Positions 18,455 through 34,990 of a stretch of 64,000 bases of DNA are shown piece by piece. Source of the DNA: the human T2T-CHM13v2.0 reference genome, Homo sapiens. The notes beneath the pieces were generated by a model. The model did no database searches, was not told where the DNA came from, and saw only the letters and a list, made by a program, of their open reading frames with translations. Where the stretch lies: the NCBI RefSeq assembly GCF_009914755.1, contig NC_060944.1; one strand, given 5' to 3'. Numbering within the stretch: position 1 is the stretch's first letter; each line of letters opens with the position of its first letter. The position numbers and the translations under genes are program-made.

Positions 18455-18690
18455 GGCACTGGACCATGGGCCAGACACTGTGCTAAACGCCCCACAAGGA
18501 TTATCACGTTTAATCCACACGACAAGTTGATGAGGCAGGCACTATTATTATCCTGTTTGACAGCTGTGGAAACTGAAGTGCAGAGAGGCAAAGGAACTTG
18601 CCCAAGGTCACATAACTAGCAGATGGTGGAACCGACATTTGATTCCAGAGTCTGTGATCCCCACTGTGACCCAAAACTGCTTCCCACTAG
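18455..18690 (-). mobile_element. MIR
   Basis: GGAAACTGAAGTGCAGAGAGG..ACTTGCCCAAGGTCACA core. Confidence 0.7.
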
Positions 18691-19826
18691 GAACTTGTCC
18701 AGATTCCACAGGCAGTAAGTGACAGTCAAAATTCAAACTCAGAAAGGTTCATCAGCCTCCAAAGAATATTGTCTTAACTGATAAGACGTCCTCCCTTCCA
18801 ACTCCCTCCATTTCTGGATCCAACACCAACATGCTGGGTGACCTTGGGGAGCCTCCCTGACCTCAGTTTTCATGGCTGCAAAATGGAAAGAACACTGCTT
18901 ACCTTAAGGAGCTGCAGAGGGGCTTTTATGCGAAGACAGTTCCTCCTGTAGAAATATGGTAGGCACTCAGTTGAGATACATCTGTGTTCTTTCTGGTTTC
19001 CAGGAGTTTGGGGCAGTTGGACAAGTGGGCACTGGAGCAAGTCTGTGTGATAAGCTCTATGACTGAGAGTGGACTAAGTGCTGGGCCAGAGGCTGCACAT
19101 GGGATGGAAAGCCAAGGGCTGCTGTGTACCCAGAAAACTCAACTGAAGGAACACTGGAATAAACAACCCTCAGAAGGAGGGAAGCTTTGTTCGTCATCTT
19201 TCCTGTTTTCCTAGTCTGGCCCAGTTCCAAAACCTCTTCTTAATCGTGTCAGGAGTTTGGCCCAGTGCCCCAGGAAGGAGCCGCCAGGAGGCTTATAGTG
19301 AGCCAAGTCTTCAAGGAAGTGATGTCTTCTGTAAGTCAAGAGAAGGCAAGAAACTTTCTGGGAGAGAGAAGGAGATAGGGACAGAAACAGGGAAGGGCTC
19401 AGCTGGAAGACCCTTCCTTGAAGAAGTGGAGAAACTGAGGCTTAGAACAGAGCAAGGTTTACTGATTGTGCTGGTGGCACGGTTGGGGCAAGTAGCTTGT
19501 CTTCCTTCCTCCCAGGTCAGAGTCCTCTCCACTGCATGTATTGACTGTTCACCCCCTTCCTATTCTAGGACTACCCAGGCAGGGGGAGCTGCCTTCACTC
19601 ACCCTTTCCCACTACTGCTTCCAGAAACATCTCCCCATCACTACACTAGGGACTTTGTAAGCACAGATGTGGGACCCATGAGTACTACAGAAGGAAGCAG
19701 AAGCTGCAAAGACCTTGGTAAGTTCGGCCATGCGGGAAACGAGGATGACAGACCCTCTGAAAGAAAGAACCAGTGCTTCCCAACACCTACTGTGTGTCTG
19801 TGCAATGCCAGGCACATCCAACATGT

Positions 19827-21415
19827 CATTATGGGATCCTTGGGCTGTCACTTCACCAGCCAGAAACCTCTGTAGCCAGTGGTGCCTTTGCCAGAGTTTT
19901 GCTCAGGCTCATTGCGCCCACTTGGCCTGGCAGGCTATGCTCAGCTCGTGCTAATGGCCTGGATCCCCTGCCTGCCAAGGGCGAGCGGAGCAGCGAGGAT
20001 ATGTGTGAGCAAGCAAGCGTGGGGTCCAGCCACTGTGCACAGCCAGGAACAATGGCTGTGGTGGAGTGGGCAGCTCCAGGTGCGAGCATGAGTGCTGGCT
20101 TCTTACGAGGCTGCAGCTGGAACAGGCATCCTGCAAGCAGCTTCCACTGCTGCCACTGGGGAATGCAATGGTTCCTGGGGGCTTGGATATGTCAGGAACC
20201 AGACCCCCAAAGAGGGTGTCACAGCCCTGGCTCAGGGAGCTCCTAGGTCTGGGGTCCCCGAAGGGCCTCAGCTCTTCTCCCCTTCTTCTTACCCACAACG
20301 TGGTGAGCAAGAGGTGTGTTTCAGCCGTGTTTGTGTTACAGCGCTTTCAGCCCTGCCATTCAGGAGGTCCTGAGTTCTTGTCCCATGCCCGGGAAGAATG
20401 AGGTACACAGACAAGTGGAGGGTGAGCAAGCTGAAGAGCTTTACTGAGCAATAGAGCAGCTCAGAGGAGACTCACAGTGGGTAGCTCCTCTCTGCTGCCA
20501 GGGTGTCCCATTAATGTTCAACTTTAATGTTCAGCTCTCAGCAGAGAGGAGCTACAAGACCCTGGAATGGGTAGCTTCTCTCCGCAGCTGGTCATCCTGA
20601 TGTCTGCTGAGCTCCCAGCAGAGAGGAGACTTCAGAGGGGATAGCTCCTTTCTGCAGCTGGTTGTCCCAACATCTCTCTGAGTCTGGCTGAGTCCAGGTT
20701 CTTATGGGCTTCAGAGGGGAGGAAGTGTGTGCTGATTGGTCCATGGTTGGCCATGGGCAGGCCCAGAAAAGGCACCATAAGTTCCTACTCCAATCTGCAG
20801 GACTGGCAGCCTGGCCCCCAGGCTTCAGGCCTTCCCAGGATTGAAGGTGGGGCTTCACCAGGGACCCACCCCTTTTTGTCCAGAGCCTATCTGCCTCCTG
20901 CCACTGTTCATAGCACCCAGGCTGTTCAGGCAGAGGGGCACCTGCAGGCCAGTGCTGAGCTGCCCTCAGCCCTTCCTTGGTCTCCCTTCCATGTTAGTTT
21001 GTGCCCAAAGTCTGAAGTGGGCCAAGGTGGCAGGGGGCTGGTGTGTCAGTGCTGCCCCAAGCATGCACACACCCAGCTGGGTTGCGACAGTGCCTGGGAT
21101 CAGCCTCAACTTTGCTCTGAAATCGAAGCAGGTGCCAGGAGCAGGGAAAGGCCAGGCAGTGGAAGCAGGCATTTCTGAGCCTGCAGGGGCAGGGGGGCCT
21201 TCCTGGGCCCCCAAGAGTGCAGAGATGCCTGGGTCTGCAGCCCTGGCTTGGGCAGCTGCAGCTGCGCCCAAGGAGCATGAAGCTTCCACCCTGTCAACTC
21301 AGAAGACGGCAGGGCTTCTGCCTGTTCCCGGCTCCTGCTGGTTCTGTGGAGCACCTCCCCCACTGCAGCCTGCATCATGGCAGTGGCCACTCTAGACAGG
21401 CCACCACTGCCATCA
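19827..21415 (-). mobile_element. MER52-family (ERV1) solo LTR, ~1.6 kb, inserted into a MIR
   Basis: Minus strand begins TGATGGCAGTGGTGGCCTGTCTAGAGTGGCC and ends ...CAAGGATCCCATAATG like MER52. 4-bp TSD ATGT (19823-19826 / 21416-21419). Internal GC-rich tandem units. Confidence 0.85.
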
Positions 21416-22422
21416 ATGTTACATAATCTAATCATCACACTAACTCTGGGAAGTAGATTACATCCCCATTTTGCAGATAAGGAACCTAAGGCTCATAGGG
21501 GAGACATTTCCTGCCCAACTCTATCTCCAGCCCATAACTGTCTTCCAACCTCTAAACCTGGCTATCTACTTTGTCTCAGATATTCCTACTTATAACCCCA
21601 CATGCTTCTCAAAGTCACCTTGAACTCATCCTCTTCCCCTCCCATAGATTTCTGGTCTCCCATCATAGCCTTACTACTCAGAACCCCAGATATTAATGTT
21701 GACTCCACCCTCTCCCCTATTTCTATCTCCAAATAGCCTGGGATTAGTGGTCCCCATTCCAAGTCTATTTCCTAGACATTGGCCTTCAATTCAAAGGTAT
21801 GTAGCATAGTCCAGACTTTTATCATCTCCCTCTTAGATAACTTCAACAGTTTCTGTAAAAGCTCCTCTGCCTCCAGTTTATCCTTCCATCCATCCATACC
21901 CCACTCAAAATGTCAGGGGCAATCTTTCTAAAATGCAAATCTGTCTAGTCTCAACCAGCTGAAAACTCTGCCATGGCTTCACAGTGCCCTCAGGATAAAC
22001 CCTTTACAGAGGCTTGCCTGGCCCTAAAAGTCTTGGCCCTTGCTGCCTTCTCTGGGGTCAGGTTGGGTCACTGTCTACCCTCTGCCCCTGAAGCCTTGGA
22101 CGTCCTGGAATACATACAGTTCCTCTTTCACTTCAAGGCTTTGACCCCTGCTGTTTTCTCTGCCTTCCTCCAGCTAACTCCTTCTCATCTTTCAGGTCTC
22201 AGCTTAGTCACCACTTCCTGACCACCCTGCTCTTAGGCTTCCTGAGCTGCCCTTCCAGTGAATCCCGCAGTTCCCTTATACTTCCTACACTGGGTTACCC
22301 ACCCCCTCCTTCTCACATTCCCCTGTACAGCCCAAAACAGCCTTCCCCAGCAGCACAGAACACTGGGGCAGCACTCTCCAATGAAAATACAATGCATGCC
22401 ACGTGCATAATTATAAATTTTT

Positions 22423-23010
<588 letters not shown>

Positions 23011-23026
23011 CAATTTTCTAGTAGCC

Positions 23027-23243
23027 TCTGTCTCCCAGGCTCAAGTGATTCTCCCACCTCAGCTTCCAAGTAGCTGGGACCACAGGTGCACATCACCACA
23101 CCCAGCTAATTTTTTGTAGTTTTGATATAGATAGCATTTCATCATGTTGCCCAAGCTAGTCTCAAACACCTGAGCTCAGGGGATCCACCTGCCTCAGCCT
23201 CCCCAAATGCTGAGATTACAGGTGTGAGCCATTGTGCCTGGTC
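23027..23243 (-). mobile_element. 3'-truncated (tailless) Alu
   Basis: No poly(A) tail, flanked by TCTAGTAGCC on both sides. Confidence 0.85.
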
Positions 23244-24454
23244 TCTAGTAGCCACATTTTAAAAAGTAACAGTAAATAGATGAAATTAATTTTAATAACA
23301 AATTTTAACCCAATATTTCAACATATATCAATATAAAAAGTATGCATATTTCATTTTATTTTTGTACTAAGAATCTGAAATCCAGTGTATATTTCACACT
23401 CACAGCACATCTGAGTTTGAACTAGCCACATTTCAAGTGCTCAGTAGTCCTGGGTGCTAGCGGCTATCAGATTAGACAGTGTAGTTTTAGAGGATGCTTA
23501 CAGCTAACTGGCCTATGTCCTGTACTGGAGGACATTCATTCTGAGAAAAATTCATAGAAATTTTCCTCTTTGGAAAAAAGGATTCTAAGTCAGACCGGTC
23601 ACTGACAGAGTGAAACAGGGTTTTTAATTCTTTAGGACCTCAAGAGTCTTCTCTGTGCTAGTGTGAGATGTGATACAGACCAGAGAACATGTAACATCTC
23701 CCCAGCTTACTTGAGCTCAGAGCTCTGTTTTCATAAAGATTTCTGGGGAATGAGATGTGATAAAGACCAGAAGAGCGATATAGCATTTCCCCAACTTATC
23801 TGAGCTCAGGGTTCTGTTTTCATAAGGCCTTTCGGGGGATTAGTGTCCAGTGGAATGTTCTTTGGCAAATGTTGATACAGCCACATGCCTGACTCAGTAG
23901 ATCCCAGGATCCCCACAGGAAGAATGTAGAGTTGAGGAAGTCTGCCTCAAGTGCCTCAGCACCTGAGACTCGATTACTGAATTGACTAAACTAATTATGG
24001 GAGGCCATATAGGGCAGGACTAGAATTAGTGAGCAAAAATTGCAGCATATTTCAGCTCAAACAAGGATTTTTTTTATTGTGTGTGTATGTGTGCGCACAC
24101 ATGCGTGTTTTTAAAAATTTAAATCTAAGTTGCCAGATCTGTCTAAAAAATGCAATATGTGGCCTTGTGAGATGATGATTTCTCTGTCACTCATAATCAA
24201 GGAGTGATGAAGGCTAGAGTTCTTTGTGGGGTAGGGGGCTCCTAACCAGAGTCTCTAATTTTTTTTTCCAGAACTTAAAAAAGGTAAGAAAAAAAGCAAC
24301 AATGGGCAGAGAACTTGAGCATCAGAGGAACTGATCAGACATGCTCTGGACCATTTATTAAGAGCACACTTTGGGATTCTGGAGCCTTCAGTGGAAGATT
24401 GGTTTATAGCCAAATCCCTTTTGAGGCTACAGATTCTTGGTTCAGTTCAGATGA

Positions 24455-24737
24455 TTTTTTTTTTTTAGACAGTCTCACTCTGTTGCCCAGGCTGGAGTGC
24501 AGTGGCCACCATCTCAGCTCATTGCAACCTCTGCCACCCAGGTTGAGTGATTCTCCTGCCTCAGCCACTCTAGTAGCTAGGATTACAGGCATGTGCCACC
24601 ATACCTGGCTAACTCTTTTGTATTTTTAGTAGACATGGGGTCTCACCATGTTGGCCAGGCTGGTCTCAAACTCCCATATCTGCCCACCTCAGCCTCCCAA
24701 AGTGTTGGATTACAGGCATGAGCCACTGCACCTGGCC
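24455..24737 (-). mobile_element. Alu
   Basis: Antisense dimer. Confidence 0.93.
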
Positions 24738-24765
24738 TATATCACACTTTGATAAAAGGTTTTAA

Positions 24766-25098
<333 letters not shown>

Positions 25099-26127
25099 CT
25101 AACCACCCACAGACAGACAGACAGACTGCAGATGGAATCAGACCAATCATCTCAGAGCCTCCAGGTGCCCATCAGTAAGATGCCTGGAAGGACCTGGAAG
25201 CTGAGGCCTTTAAAGGTTGGGCTCAGTGTCTCTATGTCAAGCACGGGGCCTGGTACAATGTAGGTGTTCAAATAGTTGTCTCCTTCCTTCCTCATACCTG
25301 GATTTTAGGTGTGGCAGTTCCAGAAATGCCATGGTCTGCGTAAGAAGGGTCTGGAGTGCCTCATTTAAAGCTCACAAGGATCACAGAGGCTGGCACAGCT
25401 GGGCTGAGAACAGAAGGGGAAACGAAACCCTTTCATGGCTCACATATGCTCAAGCAACTACAAAGAAGCCACCTGTGGTCAGCTGAAGAGTGGATGGGGG
25501 AGAAAGAGGGAGCTTCAGAGAAGTGGGGGTGGTGGTGAGGAAGAAGGTTTTTAGGTGGTAGAAGTGGAGGAGGTCAAAGAAAACAGCAGTTAAGAATCAT
25601 AGGCAATACACCATAGGGTGAGGGTAGGGGTGGGGAAGGTAGGTTTTGGGTGGTGGAGATGGGAAAGGTTAAAAAAAAACCACAGTGGTTAATAATAGGC
25701 AACACACCACCCATCGTGCGGAGGAAGAAACCCTGGACTTAGAATTATGTGATTTTGGCAAAACATGTAACCAAGCAGCTCTCTCATCTGTAAAAATGGG
25801 ACAATAATAGTTCCTTTCTCTTGGGGTTATTGAGAGGTTGAAATCAGTTGATGCATGAAAAATGTACAAATCTTGCTGTTGCTGTTAATAATAACAGTAT
25901 TGATAATATCGTAGGAAGAAGCTTCTGCTTCTGAAAGGAGACCAGGTGGACTGATTTGGGAACCAAAAACAACCAGAAATCTAGAGGGAAGGGGAGAAGG
26001 CAAGGAGAGATCTTGATCTAGGTGCACCAGAACTTATATGCAAAATGCTGTTTTTAAGTGCATAGGTATTAATATTTATTAGAGGAAGAGATACCATAGC
26101 CCACATCAGCTTCTCAAAGGAGTCTAT

Positions 26128-26129
<2 letters not shown>

Positions 26130-26174
<45 letters not shown>

Positions 26175-26183
26175 ACACACACA
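26130..26183. repeat. (CA)n microsatellite
   Basis: One interruption. Confidence 0.95.
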
Positions 26184-26962
26184 ATAGTTTAAAAATGACT
26201 GATCTAGAGAAATTAAGAGCCAAGAGAAAGAAGCAGATGAGACAAGAGGCCCACAATCATCCATGGTTGGAATGAGCCATCTCCATGGACCTAAGACTTG
26301 GGATCAGGGGTGGCGGAAAGTATAAACAGAAGAGGCAAAAAAAAGAGTTTGTTGGAATGAAGACTTAAAGAACCAAGTCAGCTCACAGTGGGAATGGAAT
26401 GGGGGTTAGTTCAGCTATCACATGGCCCAGAGCAGGCTCACAGAGGCTGTTGGCTGAAGGCTGGGTGAGTGGATGGATGGGCAGGGAGCCCGACCCAGCA
26501 GCTGAGGATTGGGGAAACTAGGGAGGCAGACTGCAGATCAGGAGGCAAGGAATAAGAGAGACCTTGACTCTAGAAGACTGGCAGGGATTGACTGGAGAAA
26601 TGATTTCCGTTTGCCTGGTGTGATGGGAAAGAACTGTCAGCCAGTGTATACTTCTCCCCATCTAAAATACTTCTGATTCTGTGGGTGAGGATTTGCAAGA
26701 AGGCACTCTGCCAGGGGGAGGGACTTAACTGTTGGCTCTGTGGCTGTTTCAGGAACACTCTAGGGCAGAGGGGGGTGGGGTGGGCAGAGACTTTTCTTTT
26801 TGAAATTTGTGAGTTTGTACCCTGACTTGCCCATTTCATTCATGTATTCATGCAACAAATATTTCTTAAGCACCTATTATGTGCCCACCTTTCTGCCAGG
26901 TGTTGGAGATGCAACAATAAATAAAAGATAGAATAGTCCCTGAACTTAAAAATCTTACATCT

Positions 26963-27282
<320 letters not shown>

Positions 27283-27405
27283 TTACATCTAGTTGAGGAA
27301 ATGGATAATGAGAGTGCAGTATGATAGGTGCTGAGACTGGGGCCATGCGCAAGTTGCTATAGGAACAGAGGAAAAGGGCACTCATACTTCCCCAAGCCTG
27401 TCTTC

Positions 27406-27722
<317 letters not shown>

Positions 27723-27760
27723 TTAAGCCTCAATCTTCTTATCTGCAAAGTGGGAATCAT

Positions 27761-28058
<298 letters not shown>

Positions 28059-28236
28059 TGGGAACCATGTTATTCACTATAAGGAGTTTTCTGGTACATT
28101 CCAGGCCTCTGCTTGACACATATTAGGAGCCCGTTGCAGCCCATAATTCATTTATTCAACAAATGTTAATTGAGTATCTTATGTGTGTCAGGCACTTCTG
28201 TCGATGGTAGAAATGTGGCACTAAATAAACTGAGAA

Positions 28237-28543
28237 AGCCGGGCACGGTGGCTCATGCCTGTAATCCTAGCACTTTGGGATATCAAAGCAGAACACCTTT
28301 AAGCTCAGGAGTTCGAGACCAATCTGGGCGACATAGGAAGACTCTGTGTCTACAAAATATAAACAATTAGCTGAGCATGTTGGTGCACACCTGTAGCCCC
28401 AGCTGCTCAGCAGGCTGAAGTGGGAAGATTGTTTGAGTCTAGGAGGTCAAGGCTGCAGTGAGTCATGGTTGTACTGCTGTACTCCAGCCTGGGTGACAAA
28501 ATAATATTATTTTTGTCTCAAAAATAATAAATAAATAAATAAA
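28237..28543 (+). mobile_element. Alu (J family)
   Basis: Diverged dimer. Confidence 0.9.
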
Positions 28544-28986
28544 CTGATAAGAATTGCTGCTGTCATCAAGATTACATACTACACGGGGAAAACAATAAGT
28601 AAAATATTCCGTAGGCCAAATGGTGACAAGTGCATTGGAGACAAATAAAGCAGGGATGGAAAGAGGGAAGAACTGAGGGAAGGGGGTTGTAATTTTAAAT
28701 AGAGTAGTCAGGGCCTGTCTTAGTTTAGCAAGGATCTGAAAGAAGAGAGGCACTAGGCCATGGAGATATCTGGAGGAAGGACGTTCGAGGTAGAAAGATC
28801 CACAAATGAAAGGGCTAATGCTGGAGAATGAGTGGTGTGTGATAGGCTTTTACAGAGCCCAGAGTGGCTGGAAAGAGGTGACCAAGGTGTACAGCACCAG
28901 CAGATGAGGTCAAGGGAGGCCTTGGAGGGGAGCAGGTGTGGCAGAGCCTTGGGGCCATTGTAAGTCTTTGACTTTACCCTGAATGA

Positions 28987-30017
<1,031 letters not shown>

Positions 30018-30283
30018 AGGATCTCAAGTCTTAAATAGGACCACTCTGTTTTAAAGGATCACTTGTTCTGACTATATACCATGAGATGACAAACATAGAG
30101 CAGAGGACACCAGTTAGGAGACTCCCACATTAAACCAGGTGGAGATGATGGCAATTTGGGCTAAAGTGAAAGCAAAGGGCATGGTGAGAAATGGTTAACA
30201 TCAGGATATTTGAAGGTGAAGTCAACAGGATTTGTTGACAAATTGGATAAGGGGGAGTAGGCAGGCAAAACAGAGTCAAGGAT

Positions 30284-30580
<297 letters not shown>

Positions 30581-32444
30581 TCAAGGATGACCTGAGCCAT
30601 TAACTATGATTGGGGAAGACCAAAGGAGGAACAGGCTTGAGAGGAAAGATAGAGGGTTGATTTGGGACACATTATGTTTAAGAAGCCTGTTGGAAGTCCA
30701 AATAGGAATATTAGGTAGGCAGCTGGATACATAAGTTTGACACCTGGGGGCAAGGCCCTGATTTTAGGTATGAACTTAGAACTTCTCAGTATATAGTTGG
30801 TATTTAAAGCCACAGGAGTGAATAAGATAGTGAATCAAGAGGACAAAGGAAAAAGGTCTGAGGATTGAGCCCAGGGGCTATCCAACATCCAGCAGTGGGG
30901 GCCTCACCTGCTTTTAATTTGGGGGTTCGAAGGCTAGGTTTGAACATTCTGTAAGGACTTGTGCAAATATTTTCCCTAAGTTCTGTCTCCCCCTTTGAAC
31001 CCAAATGCTCACCATGAAGGGAAAAGTCCACAGAAGAAAAAAAAAAAGTTTTAAATAGATTGTTTAAATTATTAGGTTATGTTTTCCAAAAATAGAAGGA
31101 AAGCTAAGTTCTGGGTCAGTGGGAGAATTTAGAGTTTTTAGCATTATCTTTCTCCCATCAAACCCTTAAGGCTGGGCTCCCAAGGAAGAGTCTTCCTGGC
31201 TTTCCAGCCCTGAGGGCTCTCTCACAAGGTCCCAGAACTCTGTATTGTAATTGTCTATTTTCTCTACCTCCAGGTGGAAGCCATGTTGAGTTCATCACAG
31301 AACTACTAGCCGGGCCTGGCACCAAATAGGCATCAGGGAATGTCAGTGGAACTTGACTGCAGAATCTGATGAGGAACTTCCATCTTCCTGGGCTCTGAGT
31401 GTCTTTCTCTAGTTCCACCACCAGAGCTGGTGTCTGTTCTGCCAGGCCCCTTTCCAGGCACCCATAGCTGATCCTGGAAAGGTAGGGACAGACCCTGTAG
31501 GCCTGGACTCTGTCCTTTGGGAGGAGAATATCCTCAGGGGCCTGCATGAGCCATCCTGAAAAACTAGTTCTGTGAGTCAATCCTCAAGTGAGTTCCTGTG
31601 GGAAAGGTACCAGAATCTTAGAGGTGAGGTTGGAAGCAGCTTGTCACCTCTTAGAGGCAAAGAGGGGTGTCTCCTCCGAACGGACCTCACTCTTTATCTG
31701 ACCCAGAGTTCCTGGCATATCAACTGTGCTAGTACTTTGTCAAGGGTGCTGGCATGAGCCAAAAGGCCCTGAACTGGAAATTGCAGACCCTCCTATTAGA
31801 CATGAGTGTGTCATGTCCATCATAAACAAAGAAACAAAAACCCTCTCTTAACGCAGGCTACTTTAGTTGCTGCATTATATTCTGCCTACTGTTTGTAGCT
31901 AAATCTCTTGAATGACTTGTTCAAACTTGCTATCTCCACTTCCTCACCTTCTATTTCATTCTTAACTCAGGTCCATTCCTAAAATAAGGCTGTCCTTCCA
32001 GGCCCTCCCAAATGATGTCATCTAGTGTAATTAACTCCAGGTACTACCATGATACTAATAACCTGCAGTCCCTCTCCTGAGCTCCAAACTCACGTATTCA
32101 GCTGCCTATTAGACATCTTGACTCAGCTAACCCACAGACACTTCAAACTCAACATGTACAGAATGAACTCATCATCTTTCCTTAAAACAGATCCCAAGTG
32201 TTCCCTGTCTTTGTGAATGCACTGCCATCCTCATCCTTGACTCCCCCACTCCCTTTCCTTTGTATATATAATCAGTCACTAATACATCAACCCTATGTCA
32301 TGAATATCCCCGAAACACATACACTTCTCTCCATCCTCATGGCTTTTTTGCTGATCAGGGCCATCATCATCATTTTTGCCTCAATGATGACAATAACCTC
32401 TTAACTGTATTCTAACAAGCTTTGTGTAGTGTTTTGTTCTGTTT

Positions 32445-32733
32445 TAGAGACACGGTCTCACTCTGTCACTCCGTAGAGTGCAGTGGCATGATTACAGCTC
32501 ACTGTAACTTCAAACTCCTGGGCTCAGGTAATCCCCGCACTTCAGTCTCCTGCCTAGCTAGGACTACATGTGCATACTCCCATGCCTGACTAATTTGAAA
32601 AACATTTTTGCGGGGAGAGATGAGGTCTTGCTATCTTGCCTTGTCTGGTCTTGAACTCCTGGGCTCAAGCAATCCTTCCACCTTGGTCTCCCAAAGCATT
32701 GAGATTACAGGTGTGAGCCACCATGCCCAGCCA
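32445..32733 (-). mobile_element. Alu (J family)
   Basis: Diverged antisense dimer. Confidence 0.88.
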
Positions 32734-32761
32734 AGCCTCAAGTCTTGAATACTTTAAATCC

Positions 32762-33075
<314 letters not shown>

Positions 33076-33661
33076 TGTAGGTAATATTTTCTAAAACACA
33101 TATTATGTTCCTCCATTGCTCATAGCAACTCTCAGTGACTTCCCAGTGCTATGAAGATAAACTGCAAATGCCTTAGAGACCCTGCATGAACTGGGCCTTG
33201 CTTACCTCTCCAGCTTCATCTCTCACTACTCCTCTTCACCCTCTACCCCTTAGCCATACTGAATTACCAGCAGTTCCCCACATAAACCCTGCTCTTTCCA
33301 GTTTCCAAATTTTTGCCCATCTGTTCTCTTGGCCTTGAGTGCTTGTCTCCCTCACTTGCCTTCTTTATTCTCCCCAACCTTTACCTGGCTGACTTCTGTT
33401 TCCATTTTGAGACCTAAGTTTAAGTGCCATTTCCACTGGAAATCCGTGCCTGACTCTGTAATTCTGGATGGCAGTTCTTCTAAAGGGCTCCTACCGCAAA
33501 CACACTGTACTTTATCCTCGAGGCACTCATCACAGTAAGTGACAATTACTTGTTCCCTTCTCTGTCTCACCCACCAGACCTGAGCTCCTTGAGAGCAGGG
33601 GCCTTGTCTTTCTAGTTCACGGCTGAATTCCTAATACTAGCTTAGTACCTGGCTTATAGTT

Positions 33662-33664
<3 letters not shown>

Positions 33665-33712
<48 letters not shown>
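33665..33712. repeat. (TG)n microsatellite
   Basis: Direct reading. Confidence 0.95.
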
Positions 33713-33713
<1 letters not shown>

Positions 33714-34071
33714 TGCAGGGAAGCCAAAGAAGGGTCAGGATGCAATGATAACCTGGGGAAGGAGGGACAATTACAAAGGAAAGTCTTGGGCAGATTCCAT
33801 ACAGGTAGTAGCCACCAATGGGATGTGGAGGACAGGATCAAGGGTTAACTCAAGAGGCTTCAAGGTTCTGAGCCTGAGTGACTGGGAGGAATAGAGCTAT
33901 TCACTAAGCAGAGACCATAGAAGCGAAGGGCAGTTTCAGGAGAAAAGCTGAACCCAGGACCAAAGGGCTGTGGGGGTCATCAAGTGGACACATGAAATAG
34001 GCATATGGGTAAATATTTCTATGGTTCTAAAAAGGAGTCAAGGCTGGAGACATTCATTTAAGAAGCTACCT

Positions 34072-34365
34072 GGCCAGGCACGGTGGCTCACGCCTGTAAT
34101 CTCAGCACTTTGGGAAGCCAAGGTGGGCAGATCATTTGAGGTCAGGAGTTTGAGACCAGCCTGGCCAACATGGTAAAATCTCGTCTCTACTAAAAATATA
34201 AAAATTAGCCAGGTGTGGTGGTGGGCACCTGTAATCCCAGCTACTCGGGAGGCTGAGGCAGGAGAATTACTTGAACCTGGGAGGTGAGGTTGCAGTGAGC
34301 TGAGATCACACCACTGCACTCCAGCCTGGGCAACAGAGTGAGACTCCGTCTCAAGATAAAAACAA
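34072..34365 (+). mobile_element. Alu (S family)
   Basis: Full dimer. Confidence 0.95.
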
Positions 34366-34744
34366 GGCTACCAAGATGGGGGCATATAGAGAGAAGACAA
34401 GTGTGATGATATAATCTTGGGGATCCATTAAATTGTGCTGAAAGAAGAGAGGGAGAGAGAAATGGTATTTGGACAGGTAAGAAAAAAGCCAGGAGAATTA
34501 ATGGTCATTGGATCCAAATGCAAAGGACCTCAAAGAATGTGCTCATCCACCTCATTGAGTGTTGCAGGAAGGTGGAGAAGAATAGGCTACTCTACTTGGA
34601 AACTAGGAAGTCCCTGATTAGAATAGAAGCCAGACCAACAGTGTTAAAGGAATGAAAAATAAAGCAGAAAAGGCAGCACATGTAGACTGTCCTTTCTGAA
34701 TCTTTCAAACACAGGTGAGGGCAACAGTGACCTAAGGACAACTT

Positions 34745-34990
34745 GGGAAGCAGGTTAGGGGTTCTAAGACTGGGCTCCATACACACACTGCTTAAGTTCA
34801 AATCATAGCCCCAACACTCAATAGCTGTGTGACTTTGGGCAAGTTAACTTACTTAACTTTCCTAAGTCTCAGTTTCCTTGTCTAAAACGGTGGGACAAGT
34901 AGCCCCTGTTTCATATGGTTATTGCAATGATTATATGAAAATGTATGTGAAGCACTCAGCACAGGGCAGAGACGTGGTAAGCAACCAATT
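34745..34990 (+). mobile_element. MIR
   Basis: AGCTGTGTGACTTTGGGCAAGTT..CTCAGTTTCCTTGTCT core. Confidence 0.7.

Noticed and set aside
19246-21438. Cluster of 100-209-aa ORFs
   Set aside because: They lie in the GC-rich MER52 LTR and flanking MIR, occur in many frames on both strands, and show no recognisable protein motif.
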